This document shows, in pieces, positions 19,091 to 30,121 of a stretch of DNA of 51,140 nt (position 1 is its first letter; each line of letters starts with the position of its first letter). The translations under genes and the position numbers were made by a program. Below the pieces are notes generated by a model. It was not told the DNA's origin. It did no database searches and saw nothing but the letters and a program-made list of their open reading frames with translations. Origin of the DNA: Bacillota bacterium (GTDB lineage Bacteria > Bacillota > Clostridia > Oscillospirales > CAG-272); contig JAQXSY010000078.1 in NCBI GenBank assembly GCA_029219205.1, positions 1 to 51,140 on the forward strand, in the 5' to 3' direction.

Positions 19091-19177
19091 TGGTGCCGGT
19101 GGCGGGGGTCGAACCCGCATGGTATCGCTACCACCGGATTTTGAGTCCGGCACGTCTGCCAATTCCATCACACCGGC
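19091..19177 (-). tRNA. tRNA-Leu(CAA)
   Basis: GCCGGTG acceptor stem, anticodon loop CTCAAAA, long variable arm, GTTCGA T-loop, encoded CCA; promoter TTGCAT-17-TATAAT at 19220-19192. Confidence 0.97.
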
Positions 19178-19247
19178 ATATACAATTTCATATTATAGCA
19201 TAAAATTTCATATTATGCAAGTATAAATTTTATTTTCGGAGCGTAAT

Positions 19248-20579
19248 ATGATTAATTTTTTATGCGAACGAATTTTCGGACCGTTTTTACCGGTATTTCT
19301 CATCTGCGCCGGCATTTTTCTGGCCTTCAGGCTGCGCGGCACACTGCTGCGCCGTCCTGCCGGGATAATTCGTTCGATATTTACCCGCGCCGAAAAAAAT
19401 GAAAAGTCGCCGTTTATCGCAGTCGCGCTGTCGCTTGCAGGCACGCTCGGCGTCGGGAACATAACCGGCGTCGCGGCGGCGATAAAGACCGGCGGACCGG
19501 GCGCGGTATTCTGGATGTGGGCGGCGGCGCTGGCCGCCATGCCGGTAAGGTACAGCGAAATAGTGCTTTCCGTAAAATTCTGCAAAACCGAAGCCGGCGC
19601 CGCAGATTACATACGTTTGACAGGCAAAGCTCCCGCCGCCGCCGCTTTTTCCGCTTTGTGCGTCGCCGCATCGTTCACCATAGGAAACACGGTTCAGGTA
19701 AACGCCGCCGCAGAAGCCGTTTCGTATATGCTCCCTTCTCTTCCGCCGATTATTGTAGGGATAGCCTTCGCTCTGACGGTTCTTTTGGTAACCACCGGCG
19801 GATACGACCGAGTCGGAAAATTTTCCGCGGTTGTTATACCGGTTCTTTCGCTCGGATACGTACTGCTCTCGCTTGCCGTAATAATACCGAGGGCATCGGA
19901 GCTCCCGTCGATCATTTCACTGATAGTAAGCAGCGCGTTTCACTTTGAAAGCGCCGCCGGAGGAATTGCGGGTTTCCTCTGTTCTTCGGCGGTGCGTGTC
20001 GGAGTATCTCGCGGCATCCTGTCAAATGAGGCAGGCTGCGGAACAGCTTCATACGCGCACGGCGCAACGGGAGGGGATCCGGCGAGACGCGGCTGCTTCG
20101 GGCTTTTTGAAGTCTTCGCGGACACCATACTTATGTGCTCGCTGACCGCATTCACGATTCTGCTCGCGCCTCCGTCGGAGCTTGACGGCACTGCTTTGGC
20201 CATTGAATCGTTTTCGGCACCGTTCGGCGCGGCAGGTGAAGCGGTTGGTATATTCATAGCGCTCTCAACAGCGGTATACGCACTCGCTTCGGTTGTATGC
20301 TGGTCGCATTACGGCGTGCGCGCGCTGACCTTTTTTACGCACAATCCCATAGCTCGTCGAATCTATCTTCCGCTGTTTTCCGCGGCGTGCGTAACCGGAG
20401 CGGTCATGGCGCATTCGGAGGTATGGAAACTTGCCGATTTGTCGGTTGCAATGATGACAGTGCTGAATTCCTCCTGCGTATGCGCGTCGGCAGGTTATGT
20501 CGCAGAGGAAACCTTACGCTTTTTCGGAAAAAAACACAAATACGGCTCCGCAAAGAGAAAGGGACGAAGCGCCGCCTGA
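19248..20579 (+). CDS. Alanine/glycine:cation symporter (AGCS family)
   Basis: LAGTLGVGNITGVA, GGPGAVFWMW, RGILSNEAGCG, EVFADT. Confidence 0.92.
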   Translation: MINFLCERIFGPFLPVFLICAGIFLAFRLRGTLLRRPAGIIRSIFTRAEKNEKSPFIAVALSLAGTLGVGNITGVAAAIKTGGPGAVFWMWAAALAAMPVRYSEIVLSVKFCKTEAGAADYIRLTGKAPAAAAFSALCVAASFTIGNTVQVNAAAEAVSYMLPSLPPIIVGIAFALTVLLVTTGGYDRVGKFSAVVIPVLSLGYVLLSLAVIIPRASELPSIISLIVSSAFHFESAAGGIAGFLCSSAVRVGVSRGILSNEAGCGTASYAHGATGGDPARRGCFGLFEVFADTILMCSLTAFTILLAPPSELDGTALAIESFSAPFGAAGEAVGIFIALSTAVYALASVVCWSHYGVRALTFFTHNPIARRIYLPLFSAACVTGAVMAHSEVWKLADLSVAMMTVLNSSCVCASAGYVAEETLRFFGKKHKYGSAKRKGRSAA

Positions 20580-20601
20580 GCGCACCGTCCCTTAATTTTT
20601 A

Positions 20602-21942
20602 TCATTTTTCGAAAACGCTGATGTCTCTCAGATGTACCGTATCGCGCGCGCCGGTTACAAACAGCGTCAATTTATCAGTTCTTACGTTTGACAGCTGGCA
20701 AATCTTGCGGTGACCGACAGTATAGCCCTCATAAACGCGCACACCTTCTCCGTTGATAATGCGGAAGGTCTCAATGCGCTGACCTTTTGTCAGATCCTCC
20801 ATAATATTCATAAAGCCGATATCATGATATCCGTCCAACGTGATTTCAAACTTGCACTGAGTATCGCTGTCCATTTCTATCTGGCGAATCTCGCAGGGCA
20901 GCTTTTTCTTCTCGCCGAACGCGTTTTCAAGCGCTTCTCCGAGCTCTTTAAGTCTTGCGATATCACGCGGGTCAAATCTTCCGGACGGCATCGGAGGAAT
21001 ATTAAGGTTGAATGAAGTATTCGCGCCGCAGGAATTAAGGTATGTATTGAAAAGACGGTCAAGCGAATGAGGCTCTTCGTTTTCATGATAGAACCAGCCG
21101 TAACGGATCGACATATCGATTTCCGCGCCTGCAAAGCCAAGACTCTTTGCATACATTATATTATTCAGCTCGCCGATATTCTGATCGTGATTATACATAT
21201 ACGTAAGATCGCCGTTAAGCGGACCCTTGCCGGTCTGGGGCTCGCATCTGAAGCATAAATCTGTCGGCACAACCGCCCACTCTGAGCGGCGCGCCTGACC
21301 TGCCTCGTTTCCGCACCAACGTACGTCGGGACCGAAATCGTTAAAGATCGACGCATTAGGCTGATACTTTCTTATCAGTGAAATATAGCGGTCGTAATCA
21401 TACACCTGTCTTCTGCCGTTCGGACCTTCGCCGCAGGCGCCGTCGAACCAGACCATAAACAGTTCGCCGTAACCGGTAAGCAGCTCTTCAAGCTGATTGC
21501 AGTAGTAGTCGTTGTATGCTTCCGTTCCGTAAAGCTTGCAGTTTCTGTCCCAGGGAGAAAGGTATACGCCGAATTTAATTCCGCCTCTGCGGCATGCGTC
21601 GGCGCATTCGCGGACAACGTCGCCCTTGCCGTCTTTCCACGGACTGTTCTTAACGCAGTGCTCCGTGTACTTGCTGGGCCACAGACAAAAGCCGTCGTGA
21701 TGCTTTGCTGTGAGAACCAGACCCTTCATTCCGGCGGATTTGATCGCTTCAACCCATTCGTCACAGTTCAGATCGTAAGGATTGAAAATTTTTTCGTCCT
21801 CGTTTCCAAGTCCCCACTCAAGATTTGTATAGGTATTGACCGTAAAATGAACGAATGCGTAAAACTCCGTGTCAAACCAGTCCAGCTGACGCTTTGAAGG
21901 AACAACCGACGCAGCGGACTTTAAAAATTCCTTAAATTCCAT
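20602..21942 (-). CDS. Alpha-L-fucosidase (GH29)
   Basis: FVHF, LTAKHHDGFCLWPS, YLSPWDR, WFDGA, RWCGNEAG. Confidence 0.92.
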   Translation of the reverse strand: MEFKEFLKSAASVVPSKRQLDWFDTEFYAFVHFTVNTYTNLEWGLGNEDEKIFNPYDLNCDEWVEAIKSAGMKGLVLTAKHHDGFCLWPSKYTEHCVKNSPWKDGKGDVVRECADACRRGGIKFGVYLSPWDRNCKLYGTEAYNDYYCNQLEELLTGYGELFMVWFDGACGEGPNGRRQVYDYDRYISLIRKYQPNASIFNDFGPDVRWCGNEAGQARRSEWAVVPTDLCFRCEPQTGKGPLNGDLTYMYNHDQNIGELNNIMYAKSLGFAGAEIDMSIRYGWFYHENEEPHSLDRLFNTYLNSCGANTSFNLNIPPMPSGRFDPRDIARLKELGEALENAFGEKKKLPCEIRQIEMDSDTQCKFEITLDGYHDIGFMNIMEDLTKGQRIETFRIINGEGVRVYEGYTVGHRKICQLSNVRTDKLTLFVTGARDTVHLRDISVFEK

Positions 21943-22194
21943 AATTAATATCCTCTCTGAAAGATTTTTCTGAGAATTTTATGCATTTTTTGCATTATAC
22001 CATAACAAAAAAAAATATTCAATATCTATTTCGATTCAAAAACATTTTACAGGTTGGTTTTTAAGACATCGAAGCAAAATATCCGCTCTTTTGGAATAAG
22101 AGAGCTCGTTTAACCGCCCGCCAAAAACACAGTTACGCCGTATGCGGCGCATCGCGGCAAAATAAAATTTTGCAAAGAAATTTATATAAATATA

Positions 22195-22223
22195 TTGACA
22201 AATTATATAAAGCGTGATATTAT
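22195..22223 (+). promoter_or_regulatory. Sigma-A promoter of the RHH-clpB unit
   Basis: TTGACA-17 bp-(TGn)TATTAT, with TTATATAAA repeats either side of the -35. Confidence 0.7.
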
Positions 22224-22274
22224 ATTAATAAAAGGAGTTACAATATACTCCGAGGAAAGGGTTGGTTAACCTAT

Positions 22275-22937
22275 ATGAAAAAAACATTATACAGTCTGAT
22301 GCTTTCCGACGACGTCATGCGCGAGATTGACGCGCTCGCTCACAGAATGGGTACGAACCGCTCGAACCTCGTCAACATGATACTTGCGGAACGTGTTGAG
22401 ATGCAGACGCCGGAGCAGCAGATAAGCGACATTTTCAGCGAAATCGAGCGGCTGCTTTCCGCATCGCGCGAGCTGGTTCCGTTTTTTACGCCCAATGCCC
22501 AGCGGGTTGCGGTACGCTCAAGTCTTGAATATAAATACCGTCCGACACTCAGATATGAAGTTGAGCTTGCAAGCGGATTTGTTCCCGGGGAGCCTATCGG
22601 AACACTGACCGCAAGCTTCCGTACGCAATCGCAGGGACTGCTTGAACTTCTCGGACGATTTTTCCGTTGTCTCGGACGGATTGAGGAGCGAACGCTTCCG
22701 ATAGGAGTAGCATATTCGATAGAAAACGGACGGTTTACACGCGAACTCTCGTATCCGGTAAAGCGAAGCGGCTCCGGAGGCAGCAGCGCTCTCGACGCAA
22801 ACGAGATTTCACGCGCGATAACCGATTATGTCAGCCTGATAGACAAGATGCTTAAGGCGTGCGTCGGAGGCGCGGATTCGCAGACGCTCGCAGATATGTA
22901 TTCCGCGGACCTCGAAAAGCGTGCCGTCCTTATCTGA
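22275..22937 (+). CDS. Ribbon-helix-helix (CopG-like) domain protein
   Basis: N-terminus KTLYSLMLSDDVMREIDALAHRMGTNRSNLVNMIL fits the RHH pattern. Confidence 0.7.
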   Translation: MKKTLYSLMLSDDVMREIDALAHRMGTNRSNLVNMILAERVEMQTPEQQISDIFSEIERLLSASRELVPFFTPNAQRVAVRSSLEYKYRPTLRYEVELASGFVPGEPIGTLTASFRTQSQGLLELLGRFFRCLGRIEERTLPIGVAYSIENGRFTRELSYPVKRSGSGGSSALDANEISRAITDYVSLIDKMLKACVGGADSQTLADMYSADLEKRAVLI

Positions 22938-22977
22938 TTAATTAAAAACCCGACAAATCCGGAAAGGGATGAATTAT

Positions 22978-25617
22978 ATGAATGCAGAAAAATTCACTCA
23001 GAAAACCATAGAAACAATAAATGCAGCACAGAATCTTGCGCGCGAAAGACAGAATCAGACAATAATGCCCGAGCATCTGCTCTATGCTCTTCTTTCGCAG
23101 GAAGGCGGGCTTGTCGGCACGCTGGTGTACAGAATAGGTCAAAAGTCCGGAAACACGGATGTTGTGGGAGCGATGCTCGGAGAGCTCAATGCAGCGATAA
23201 ACCGTCTGCCCAAAGTCACGGGTACAAGCGACGAGCTTTATCCTTCGAGAGAGGTTTCCGCAGTTCTCAGATTTGCGGAAAAAGTCGCCGGACAGCTTAA
23301 GGACGAATATATATCGGTCGAGCATCTAATGCTCGGACTGCTTGCGGAAGGCGGACGCACAATTCAGGACGTCTGCTCAAAATACGGCATAACAAAACAG
23401 AGCTTCACCGACGAACTGGCAAAGGTCAAGACTTCGCCGGTCACAAGCGATAATCCGGAGGACACCTACGACGTTCTTGCCAAATACGGCACCGATCTTG
23501 TTGAACGTGCGCGCGAACAGAAGCTTGATCCGGTTATCGGGCGTGATTCCGAAATAAGAAGCGTTATCCGCATACTTTCGCGTAAAAGCAAGAACAATCC
23601 CGTACTGATAGGCGAGCCGGGCGTCGGAAAAACAGCGATTGCGGAAGGACTTGCGCAGCGTATAGTGCGTGAAGACGTACCGGACGGTCTGAAGGACAAA
23701 ACAATATTCTCGCTCGACATGGGCGCGCTCGTTGCCGGCGCAAAGTACCGCGGAGAATTTGAGGAAAGGCTCAAGGCGGTTCTTAACGAGGTCAAGAAAG
23801 CGGAAGGCAAAATCATTCTGTTTATCGACGAGCTGCACACAATAGTAGGCGCAGGAAAAACGGAAGGCTCCATGGACGCCGGAAACCTGCTTAAGCCAAT
23901 GCTTGCGCGCGGCGAGCTGCACTGCATCGGCGCGACAACGCTCGACGAATACAGAAAATATATTGAAAAAGACGCGGCGCTTGAGCGCCGTTTCCAGCCC
24001 GTAATGGTAGACGAGCCGAGCGTTGAGGACACAATCTCAATACTTCGCGGACTCAGGGAAAGATATGAGATCTTCCACGGTGTAAAGATACACGACAACG
24101 CTCTCGTATCCGCGGCGACGCTGTCGCACCGTTACATCACCGACAGATTCCTTCCGGACAAAGCGATTGACCTTGTCGACGAGGCCTGCGCAATGATAAG
24201 GACAGAAATTGATTCAATGCCGAGCGAGCTTGACGATCTCAGACGCGACATTATGCAGCTTGAGATTGAGGAAATGTCGCTGAAGAAAGAGGACGACCAG
24301 CTTTCGAAGGACAGGCTCGCAAAGCTTACTGCGGAGCTTGCCGAAAAGAAGGATAAATTCAACGAAATGAAGGCTCGCTGGGAATCCGAAAAGCAGGCAA
24401 CCGAAAACGTAAAGAAGCTGAAGGCTGATATTGAAAAAATGACCGGCGACATGGAGCAGGCTCAGCTCCGCGGAGAGTATGAAAAGGCCGCAAAGCTCCA
24501 GTATTCGGATTTGCCGGCGCTTCAGAAAAAGCTTGAAGAAGCGGAAAAAGCGACCGAGCGCCAGAATCAGAACATGCTCGTACGTTCAACAGTAACCGAC
24601 GAAGAAATTGCAGAGGTAGTCGCGCGCTGGACGGGCATACCCGTATCAAAGCTGGTTGAAGGAGAACGCGAAAAGCTGCTTCACCTTGAAGACATTCTTC
24701 ACCGGCGCGTAATCGGTCAGAATGAAGCGGTCAGACTCGTAAGCGAAGCAATACAGCGTTCGCGCGCAGGAATTTCGGATCCGAACAGACCGATTGGAAG
24801 CTTTATGTTCCTCGGCCCGACCGGCGTCGGAAAAACCGAGCTTGCAAAAACGCTTGCAGAGTGTCTGTTTGACGACGAGCACAACCTTGTCAGAATCGAT
24901 ATGACTGAATACATGGAAAAATTCAGCGTATCCCGTCTTATCGGAGCGCCTCCCGGATACGTAGGCTACGACGAAGGCGGTCAGCTCACGGAGGCGGTCA
25001 GACGTCATCCGTACAGCGTCGTTCTTTTCGACGAGGTGGAAAAAGCTCATCCGGACGTATTCAATATTCTGCTTCAGATTCTCGACGACGGACGTATAAC
25101 AGACAGTCAGGGAAGAACGGTCGATTTCAAGAATACGATTATAATTCTGACTTCAAACCTCGGCAGCCAGTACCTGCTCGACGGAATAACTCCGGAAGGA
25201 GAAATCTGCGAGAGCGCGCGTTCAAAGGTCATGGCAGAGCTGCGCGCGTCGTTCAGACCGGAATTTCTAAACAGACTTGACGAAATTGTCATGTTCAAGC
25301 CGCTGACAAAGGCAAATCTCAGCGGAATAATCGACAATCTGCTCTCCGGACTCAGAAAGCGTTTGGAGGAAAGAGACGCGGGAGGCGGCCTCAGGCTTGA
25401 AGTTACCGACGCCGCAAAGGAGCTTATCATCGACAACGGATACGACCCGGTATACGGCGCCCGTCCGCTTAAGAGATACCTGCAAGGCACCGCTGAAACT
25501 CTTATCGCAAAGGAGATACTTTCCGGAAATCTGACCTCCGGTTCGACAATCGTTCTGGACGCCGAAAACGGCAAGCTCGTATGCCGTCCGGTATATAATG
25601 CGGAAATTCTAAATTAA
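22978..25617 (+). CDS. clpB: ATP-dependent chaperone ClpB
   Basis: Clp N domain, Walker A GEPGVGKT and GPTGVGKT, long coiled-coil M domain, YGARPLKR. Confidence 0.97.
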   Translation: MNAEKFTQKTIETINAAQNLARERQNQTIMPEHLLYALLSQEGGLVGTLVYRIGQKSGNTDVVGAMLGELNAAINRLPKVTGTSDELYPSREVSAVLRFAEKVAGQLKDEYISVEHLMLGLLAEGGRTIQDVCSKYGITKQSFTDELAKVKTSPVTSDNPEDTYDVLAKYGTDLVERAREQKLDPVIGRDSEIRSVIRILSRKSKNNPVLIGEPGVGKTAIAEGLAQRIVREDVPDGLKDKTIFSLDMGALVAGAKYRGEFEERLKAVLNEVKKAEGKIILFIDELHTIVGAGKTEGSMDAGNLLKPMLARGELHCIGATTLDEYRKYIEKDAALERRFQPVMVDEPSVEDTISILRGLRERYEIFHGVKIHDNALVSAATLSHRYITDRFLPDKAIDLVDEACAMIRTEIDSMPSELDDLRRDIMQLEIEEMSLKKEDDQLSKDRLAKLTAELAEKKDKFNEMKARWESEKQATENVKKLKADIEKMTGDMEQAQLRGEYEKAAKLQYSDLPALQKKLEEAEKATERQNQNMLVRSTVTDEEIAEVVARWTGIPVSKLVEGEREKLLHLEDILHRRVIGQNEAVRLVSEAIQRSRAGISDPNRPIGSFMFLGPTGVGKTELAKTLAECLFDDEHNLVRIDMTEYMEKFSVSRLIGAPPGYVGYDEGGQLTEAVRRHPYSVVLFDEVEKAHPDVFNILLQILDDGRITDSQGRTVDFKNTIIILTSNLGSQYLLDGITPEGEICESARSKVMAELRASFRPEFLNRLDEIVMFKPLTKANLSGIIDNLLSGLRKRLEERDAGGGLRLEVTDAAKELIIDNGYDPVYGARPLKRYLQGTAETLIAKEILSGNLTSGSTIVLDAENGKLVCRPVYNAEILN

Positions 25618-25641
25618 AAGCTCTTATCCGTTTCGGACATT

Positions 25642-25676
25642 AAAAATCGGAGACTGTTTAACAGTCTCCGATTTTT
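25642..25676. terminator. Bidirectional terminator
   Basis: AAAAATCGGAGACTGTT-T-AACAGTCTCCGATTTTT between convergent clpB and alaS. Confidence 0.85.
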
Positions 25677-25694
25677 TTTAAGATAAAATATTTC

Positions 25695-28334
25695 TCAGGC
25701 TTTAAGCATGTTCTTAATAATATCCGGCAGAGAGCTCATCGCTTCTTCAAGCTTTGAAGCATCCTTTGCTCCCGCTGACGCGCTGTCAGGTCTGCCTCCG
25801 CCTCCGCCTCCGGTTATTGCGGCCGCCGCTTTAACGATATTTCCGGCGTGCGCTCCGGCTTTAACCGCATCCTTTCCGCACGAAGCGGTAAATGTCAGTT
25901 TGCCGCCGATATCGGCGCATATGACCGCGACGACGTCGGAATTTTCCGACTTGAATTTGTCGCAGACGGTACGGGGAAATTCCGGCGCACAATCTTTGAA
26001 CAGGCCTTTAACCAAACGTATCGAACCGATTTTCTCGGCGCCCGAAATCAGGCTTCCGGTCTGAGCGTCCGCAAGCTTTTCGCCGAGAACGTCAATTTCG
26101 TGCTTCATGTCCTTAATTTCGCCCATAACCTGAGCGGAACGGCGGGCAATGTCTGCGGAATTTGCCGCTTTAAGTTCATGAGCCGCGTCGGAAATGAGCC
26201 TATCGCGCTCCGTAAGCAGTTCAAGCACGCCGTATCCGGTTGTGCCTTCAATACGACGTACGCCCGCGGCAACGGAGGATTCGGAAATAATTCTGAACAG
26301 TCCCGCCTTCGCGGTGTTGTCAAGATGAGTTCCTCCGCAAAGCTCCGTTGAAAAATCACCCATCTTAACCATTCTTACAACCGCGCCGTACTTTTCTCCG
26401 AACAGCGCCATAGCGCCGCTCTTCCGCGCGGTTTCAATATCTGTTTCAACAGTAGTTACCGGTTCGCCGGCGAGAATGTTTTCGTTTACAAGCGCTTCAA
26501 CAGCATTTAGCTCTTCGGGCGTAAGCGCGGCAAAATGAGAAAAGTCAAAGCGAACGCGGGTATCGTCAACGTAAGAGCCGGCCTGCTCAACGTGCGAACC
26601 GAGAACCCTGCGCAGCGCCGCCTGAAGCAGATGTGCCGCCGAATGGTTTCGTCTGATCGCATTTCTGCGCAAAACGTCAATTTTCGCGCTGACCTTGTCG
26701 CCGACTTTTATAACTCCGTCGGTCATGCTGCAAAGATGTACGTAAACTCCTCCGGTTTTTTTCGTATCGGTTACATTTATTACAGTTTCACCGTCGTATA
26801 TCAGACCGGTATCGCCGACCTGACCTCCGCCTTCGCCGTAAAACGGAGTTTTATCAAGTATGAGAGAGAATTCGCCTTCCGTAACTTCGTCAACGGAATC
26901 GCTTCCGACGATAACGGCGATAACCGTTGCCTCAGAAGAATCGTTTTCGTAGCCGACAAACTCCGTATGAGGAAGAGAGCTTATAAACGACTTCTGTTCG
27001 TCGCTCCAGCCGCTTATATTCGCTCTTGCGGAACGCGCGCGTTCGCGCTGCTCGGCCATAAGCCTGCGGAAGCCCTCCTCGTCGATGCCGAGTTTTGCTT
27101 CCTCCGCAATCTCACGGGTGAGATCGATGGGAAATCCGAAGGTGTCGTAAAGTCTGAATATATCCTCGCCGGAAAGCACTGTGCCTCCTGCGGAGATGGT
27201 ATCGTTTATTATGCCGGAAAGAATCGAAAGACCGGAATCGATAGTTGCTGAGAAACGTTCCTCCTCGATGCGGATTATCTTCTTTATATATTCAAGCTTT
27301 TCCGTAAGCTCCGGATATTCGCTGAGATTTTCATGCGCAACAACATCGACAAGGTCGGCCAAGAACAAGTCGTTTATACCGAGAAGTCTGCCGTGGCGCG
27401 CCGCGCGTCTGAGCAGACGGCGGAGAACATATCCTCTGCCTTCGTTTGACGGAACAACGCCGTCGCATACCATAAACGCAGTCGAACGGATATGGTCGGT
27501 TATAACACGGAGCGAAATGTCGGTTTTCTTGTCGTCGCCGTAATTTACGCCGGCTTTTTTCGCAACTGCTTTCATAATATTCTGCACGGTATCGACTTCA
27601 AAAAGGTTGTCGACGCCCTGCATGAGGCAGGCGAGACGCTCAAGTCCCATTCCCGTGTCAATATTCGGCTTCGGCAGGCGTGTGTAATTGCCTTTTCCGT
27701 CGTTATCAAACTGAGTGAACACAAGATTCCAGAATTCCATGAAGCGGTCGCAGTCGCAGCCCGGCTTGCAGTCTGGACTGCCGCAGCCGTATTCCTCGCC
27801 GCGGTCAAAATGTATCTCCGAGCAAGGTCCGCAGGGTCCGGAGCCGTGTTCCCAGAAGTTGTCTTCCTTTCCGAGACGGACAATGCGATCGGACGAGACG
27901 CCTATTTTATTGTGCCATATGTCAAACGCTTCGTCGTCGTCCTGATATATCGTGACCCAAAGCCTGTCAACCGGCATTTCAAGAACATCGGTTATAAATT
28001 CCCATGCCCAGCTTATGGCTTCTTCTTTAAAATAGTCGCCGAAAGAGAAGTTTCCGAGCATTTCAAAGAAAGTACCGTGGCGCGCGGTTATTCCGACGCG
28101 CTCGATATCCGGCGTTCTTATGCATTTCTGACAAGTCGTCATACGGTGTCTCGGAGGCTCTATCTCGCCGGTGAAATACTTTTTAAGCGGAGTCATACCC
28201 GCATTTATAAGCAGAATGGATTTATCTCCCTGAGGAACAAGCGGAAAGCTTTTGTGCCGCAGATGTCCCTTCGATTCAAAAAATGAAAGATATTTTTCGC
28301 GAAGCTCGTTTAAGCCCATGTATTTCATTGTCAT
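25695..28334 (-). CDS. alaS: Alanine--tRNA ligase
   Basis: RHGTFFEMLGNFSFGDYFK, DTGMGLER, HSAAHLL, ELCGGTH, GGGGRP; start could be 28340, 28334 or 28328. Confidence 0.98.
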   Translation of the reverse strand: MTMKYMGLNELREKYLSFFESKGHLRHKSFPLVPQGDKSILLINAGMTPLKKYFTGEIEPPRHRMTTCQKCIRTPDIERVGITARHGTFFEMLGNFSFGDYFKEEAISWAWEFITDVLEMPVDRLWVTIYQDDDEAFDIWHNKIGVSSDRIVRLGKEDNFWEHGSGPCGPCSEIHFDRGEEYGCGSPDCKPGCDCDRFMEFWNLVFTQFDNDGKGNYTRLPKPNIDTGMGLERLACLMQGVDNLFEVDTVQNIMKAVAKKAGVNYGDDKKTDISLRVITDHIRSTAFMVCDGVVPSNEGRGYVLRRLLRRAARHGRLLGINDLFLADLVDVVAHENLSEYPELTEKLEYIKKIIRIEEERFSATIDSGLSILSGIINDTISAGGTVLSGEDIFRLYDTFGFPIDLTREIAEEAKLGIDEEGFRRLMAEQRERARSARANISGWSDEQKSFISSLPHTEFVGYENDSSEATVIAVIVGSDSVDEVTEGEFSLILDKTPFYGEGGGQVGDTGLIYDGETVINVTDTKKTGGVYVHLCSMTDGVIKVGDKVSAKIDVLRRNAIRRNHSAAHLLQAALRRVLGSHVEQAGSYVDDTRVRFDFSHFAALTPEELNAVEALVNENILAGEPVTTVETDIETARKSGAMALFGEKYGAVVRMVKMGDFSTELCGGTHLDNTAKAGLFRIISESSVAAGVRRIEGTTGYGVLELLTERDRLISDAAHELKAANSADIARRSAQVMGEIKDMKHEIDVLGEKLADAQTGSLISGAEKIGSIRLVKGLFKDCAPEFPRTVCDKFKSENSDVVAVICADIGGKLTFTASCGKDAVKAGAHAGNIVKAAAAITGGGGGGRPDSASAGAKDASKLEEAMSSLPDIIKNMLKA

Positions 28335-28369
28335 GAACATCCTTTTTCTAAATTATAATTTAATAATAT

Positions 28370-28500
28370 ATTCTATCAAAAATAAAAGGTTTTGTCAACT
28401 TTATTATTAAAAATTACTTAAAATAGTTACAAATATAGAAAATTTATTTATATATTTTTGTTTTTTTGCACTTGCATAAAAAACTTTTTCATGCTATAAT
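28370..28500. promoter_or_regulatory. Divergent sigma-A promoters (alaS and solute-binding protein)
   Basis: Minus strand TTGACA(28398)-17-TAGAAT; plus strand TTGCAT(28472)-17-TATAAT; both extended -10. Confidence 0.7.
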
Positions 28501-28581
28501 GCTAGTTACATGAATTATACGAAAATGTATAAAAATTAATCAGGCATGTTTAAAAACGGCAAGAAAGGATTAAAACCGAAA

Positions 28582-30051
28582 ATGAAAACCGCAGTAAAGA
28601 TTTTTTCTGTGCTTCTCGCGCTGATAATGGCTTTTTCGGCCGTGGCATGCGCCGGAACACAAAAGAACAATGAAAAGACCGATGAACCGGTGACTACAAA
28701 TGCTCCGGACACCGAACCCGATGAAGTTCAGTTTGAAAAAGACAATCTTCCAAGCGACATAAAAAGCCTTTATGACGGTAAAACCGTAACGGGACTTGTT
28801 TGGGAGGACGTTTATTTTCCGGAATTTTATATAGAAGAGCCTTCCGGAGATATCGTTTCAAACTCGATCTACAAGAGAAACCTGAATGTCAGCGAACGTC
28901 TTGGAATCAAACTTAATTTCGTTGAACAAAAGGGCAGCTACAATTACCAGGGCGACTTTGTCAACTATGCTTACAAATCAATATCGGGAAGCGAGCAGGC
29001 GTTCGACTATATAGGCGGATACAGCAGCGCAACGGCGGCTCTCATTCTCAAAAACGTTCTGACAGACCTGGCAAACGAGGAATATGCCCCGTATCTGGAT
29101 TACGATAAGCCGTGGTGGCCTAAGTTCCTTATTGAAGAAGCGTCGGTTCGCGGTCAGGTGCGCGCAATTTCCGGAGATATTTCAACGAACCTTATATATA
29201 TGATGTTCGGAATATATTTCAACAAAGAACTGCTTGACACATTCAATGTTGAAGATCCGTATCCGATTGCGGAAGCAGGAAACTGGACTATTGACCAGCT
29301 TATAGAAATGGCAAAAGTCTGCTACACAAATGAAGACGACGAATCCAGAAGATATTACGGATTCTATTCGACGCACAACTACCCGTGGTATCATACGTGC
29401 GGTTTCAAATATGTCGAGCATGACTCCGACGGCGATATATACGCTTCCGACGATATAGAAGACGAGCGCGTACATTCACTTATTGTAAAGCTTTGCGATT
29501 TTCTTTACACGGGTGAAAGAGAAGAACCTACCAATACAACTTTTAAAGACGGAAAAATCGCATTCACTTTATGTGAAATGTACTATGCCGCAAGCGATCT
29601 TAGAAGCGTCGAATTCTCCTTCGGATTCCTTCCTCCTCCGAAATATGATGAAAACCAGGAAAGCTATATAACCTGTCTCTCGTTCCCGCACACGCTTTAT
29701 GCGATACCCAAAGACGTAAAAGACTCGGTAATGTCGAGCGCAGTACTTGAAGCGCTTGCTTCCGAATCCTACAGAACGGTTTCTCCCGTACTGTTTGAGG
29801 ACGCTCTTAAAGTTAAGTATTCCGACATCGGAGACGCTTATTCATCAAGAATGTATGACTATACAAGAGCCGGAGTAACCTTCGATATGGGAAGAATGTT
29901 CGGAATGTGCCTCTTCGACGACCAGACCTGGGCGGCTTTCTCATCATGTATATCCGATAACAACCCCAACTGGGCGTCTAAAGCAAAGGGAATATACACT
30001 TTGGTAAAGAACCGTTTGAAGAAGCTGACAAAGGCAATGACCGCCGATTAA
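28582..30051 (+). CDS. Extracellular solute-binding lipoprotein (sugar ABC type), orphan
   Basis: Lipobox AVAC; YFNKELL, WTID.L, FGFLPPPKYDE.Q motifs. Confidence 0.8.
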   Translation: MKTAVKIFSVLLALIMAFSAVACAGTQKNNEKTDEPVTTNAPDTEPDEVQFEKDNLPSDIKSLYDGKTVTGLVWEDVYFPEFYIEEPSGDIVSNSIYKRNLNVSERLGIKLNFVEQKGSYNYQGDFVNYAYKSISGSEQAFDYIGGYSSATAALILKNVLTDLANEEYAPYLDYDKPWWPKFLIEEASVRGQVRAISGDISTNLIYMMFGIYFNKELLDTFNVEDPYPIAEAGNWTIDQLIEMAKVCYTNEDDESRRYYGFYSTHNYPWYHTCGFKYVEHDSDGDIYASDDIEDERVHSLIVKLCDFLYTGEREEPTNTTFKDGKIAFTLCEMYYAASDLRSVEFSFGFLPPPKYDENQESYITCLSFPHTLYAIPKDVKDSVMSSAVLEALASESYRTVSPVLFEDALKVKYSDIGDAYSSRMYDYTRAGVTFDMGRMFGMCLFDDQTWAAFSSCISDNNPNWASKAKGIYTLVKNRLKKLTKAMTAD

Positions 30052-30065
30052 TTAAACGGTAAATT

Positions 30066-30097
30066 AAAGGACCTGCAAAATTACGCAGGTCCTTTTT
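30066..30097. terminator. Bidirectional terminator
   Basis: AAAGGACCTGC-8 nt-GCAGGTCCTTTTT. Confidence 0.8.
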
Positions 30098-30121
30098 AAA
30101 TTTTACTGTAAAGACGTTCGG

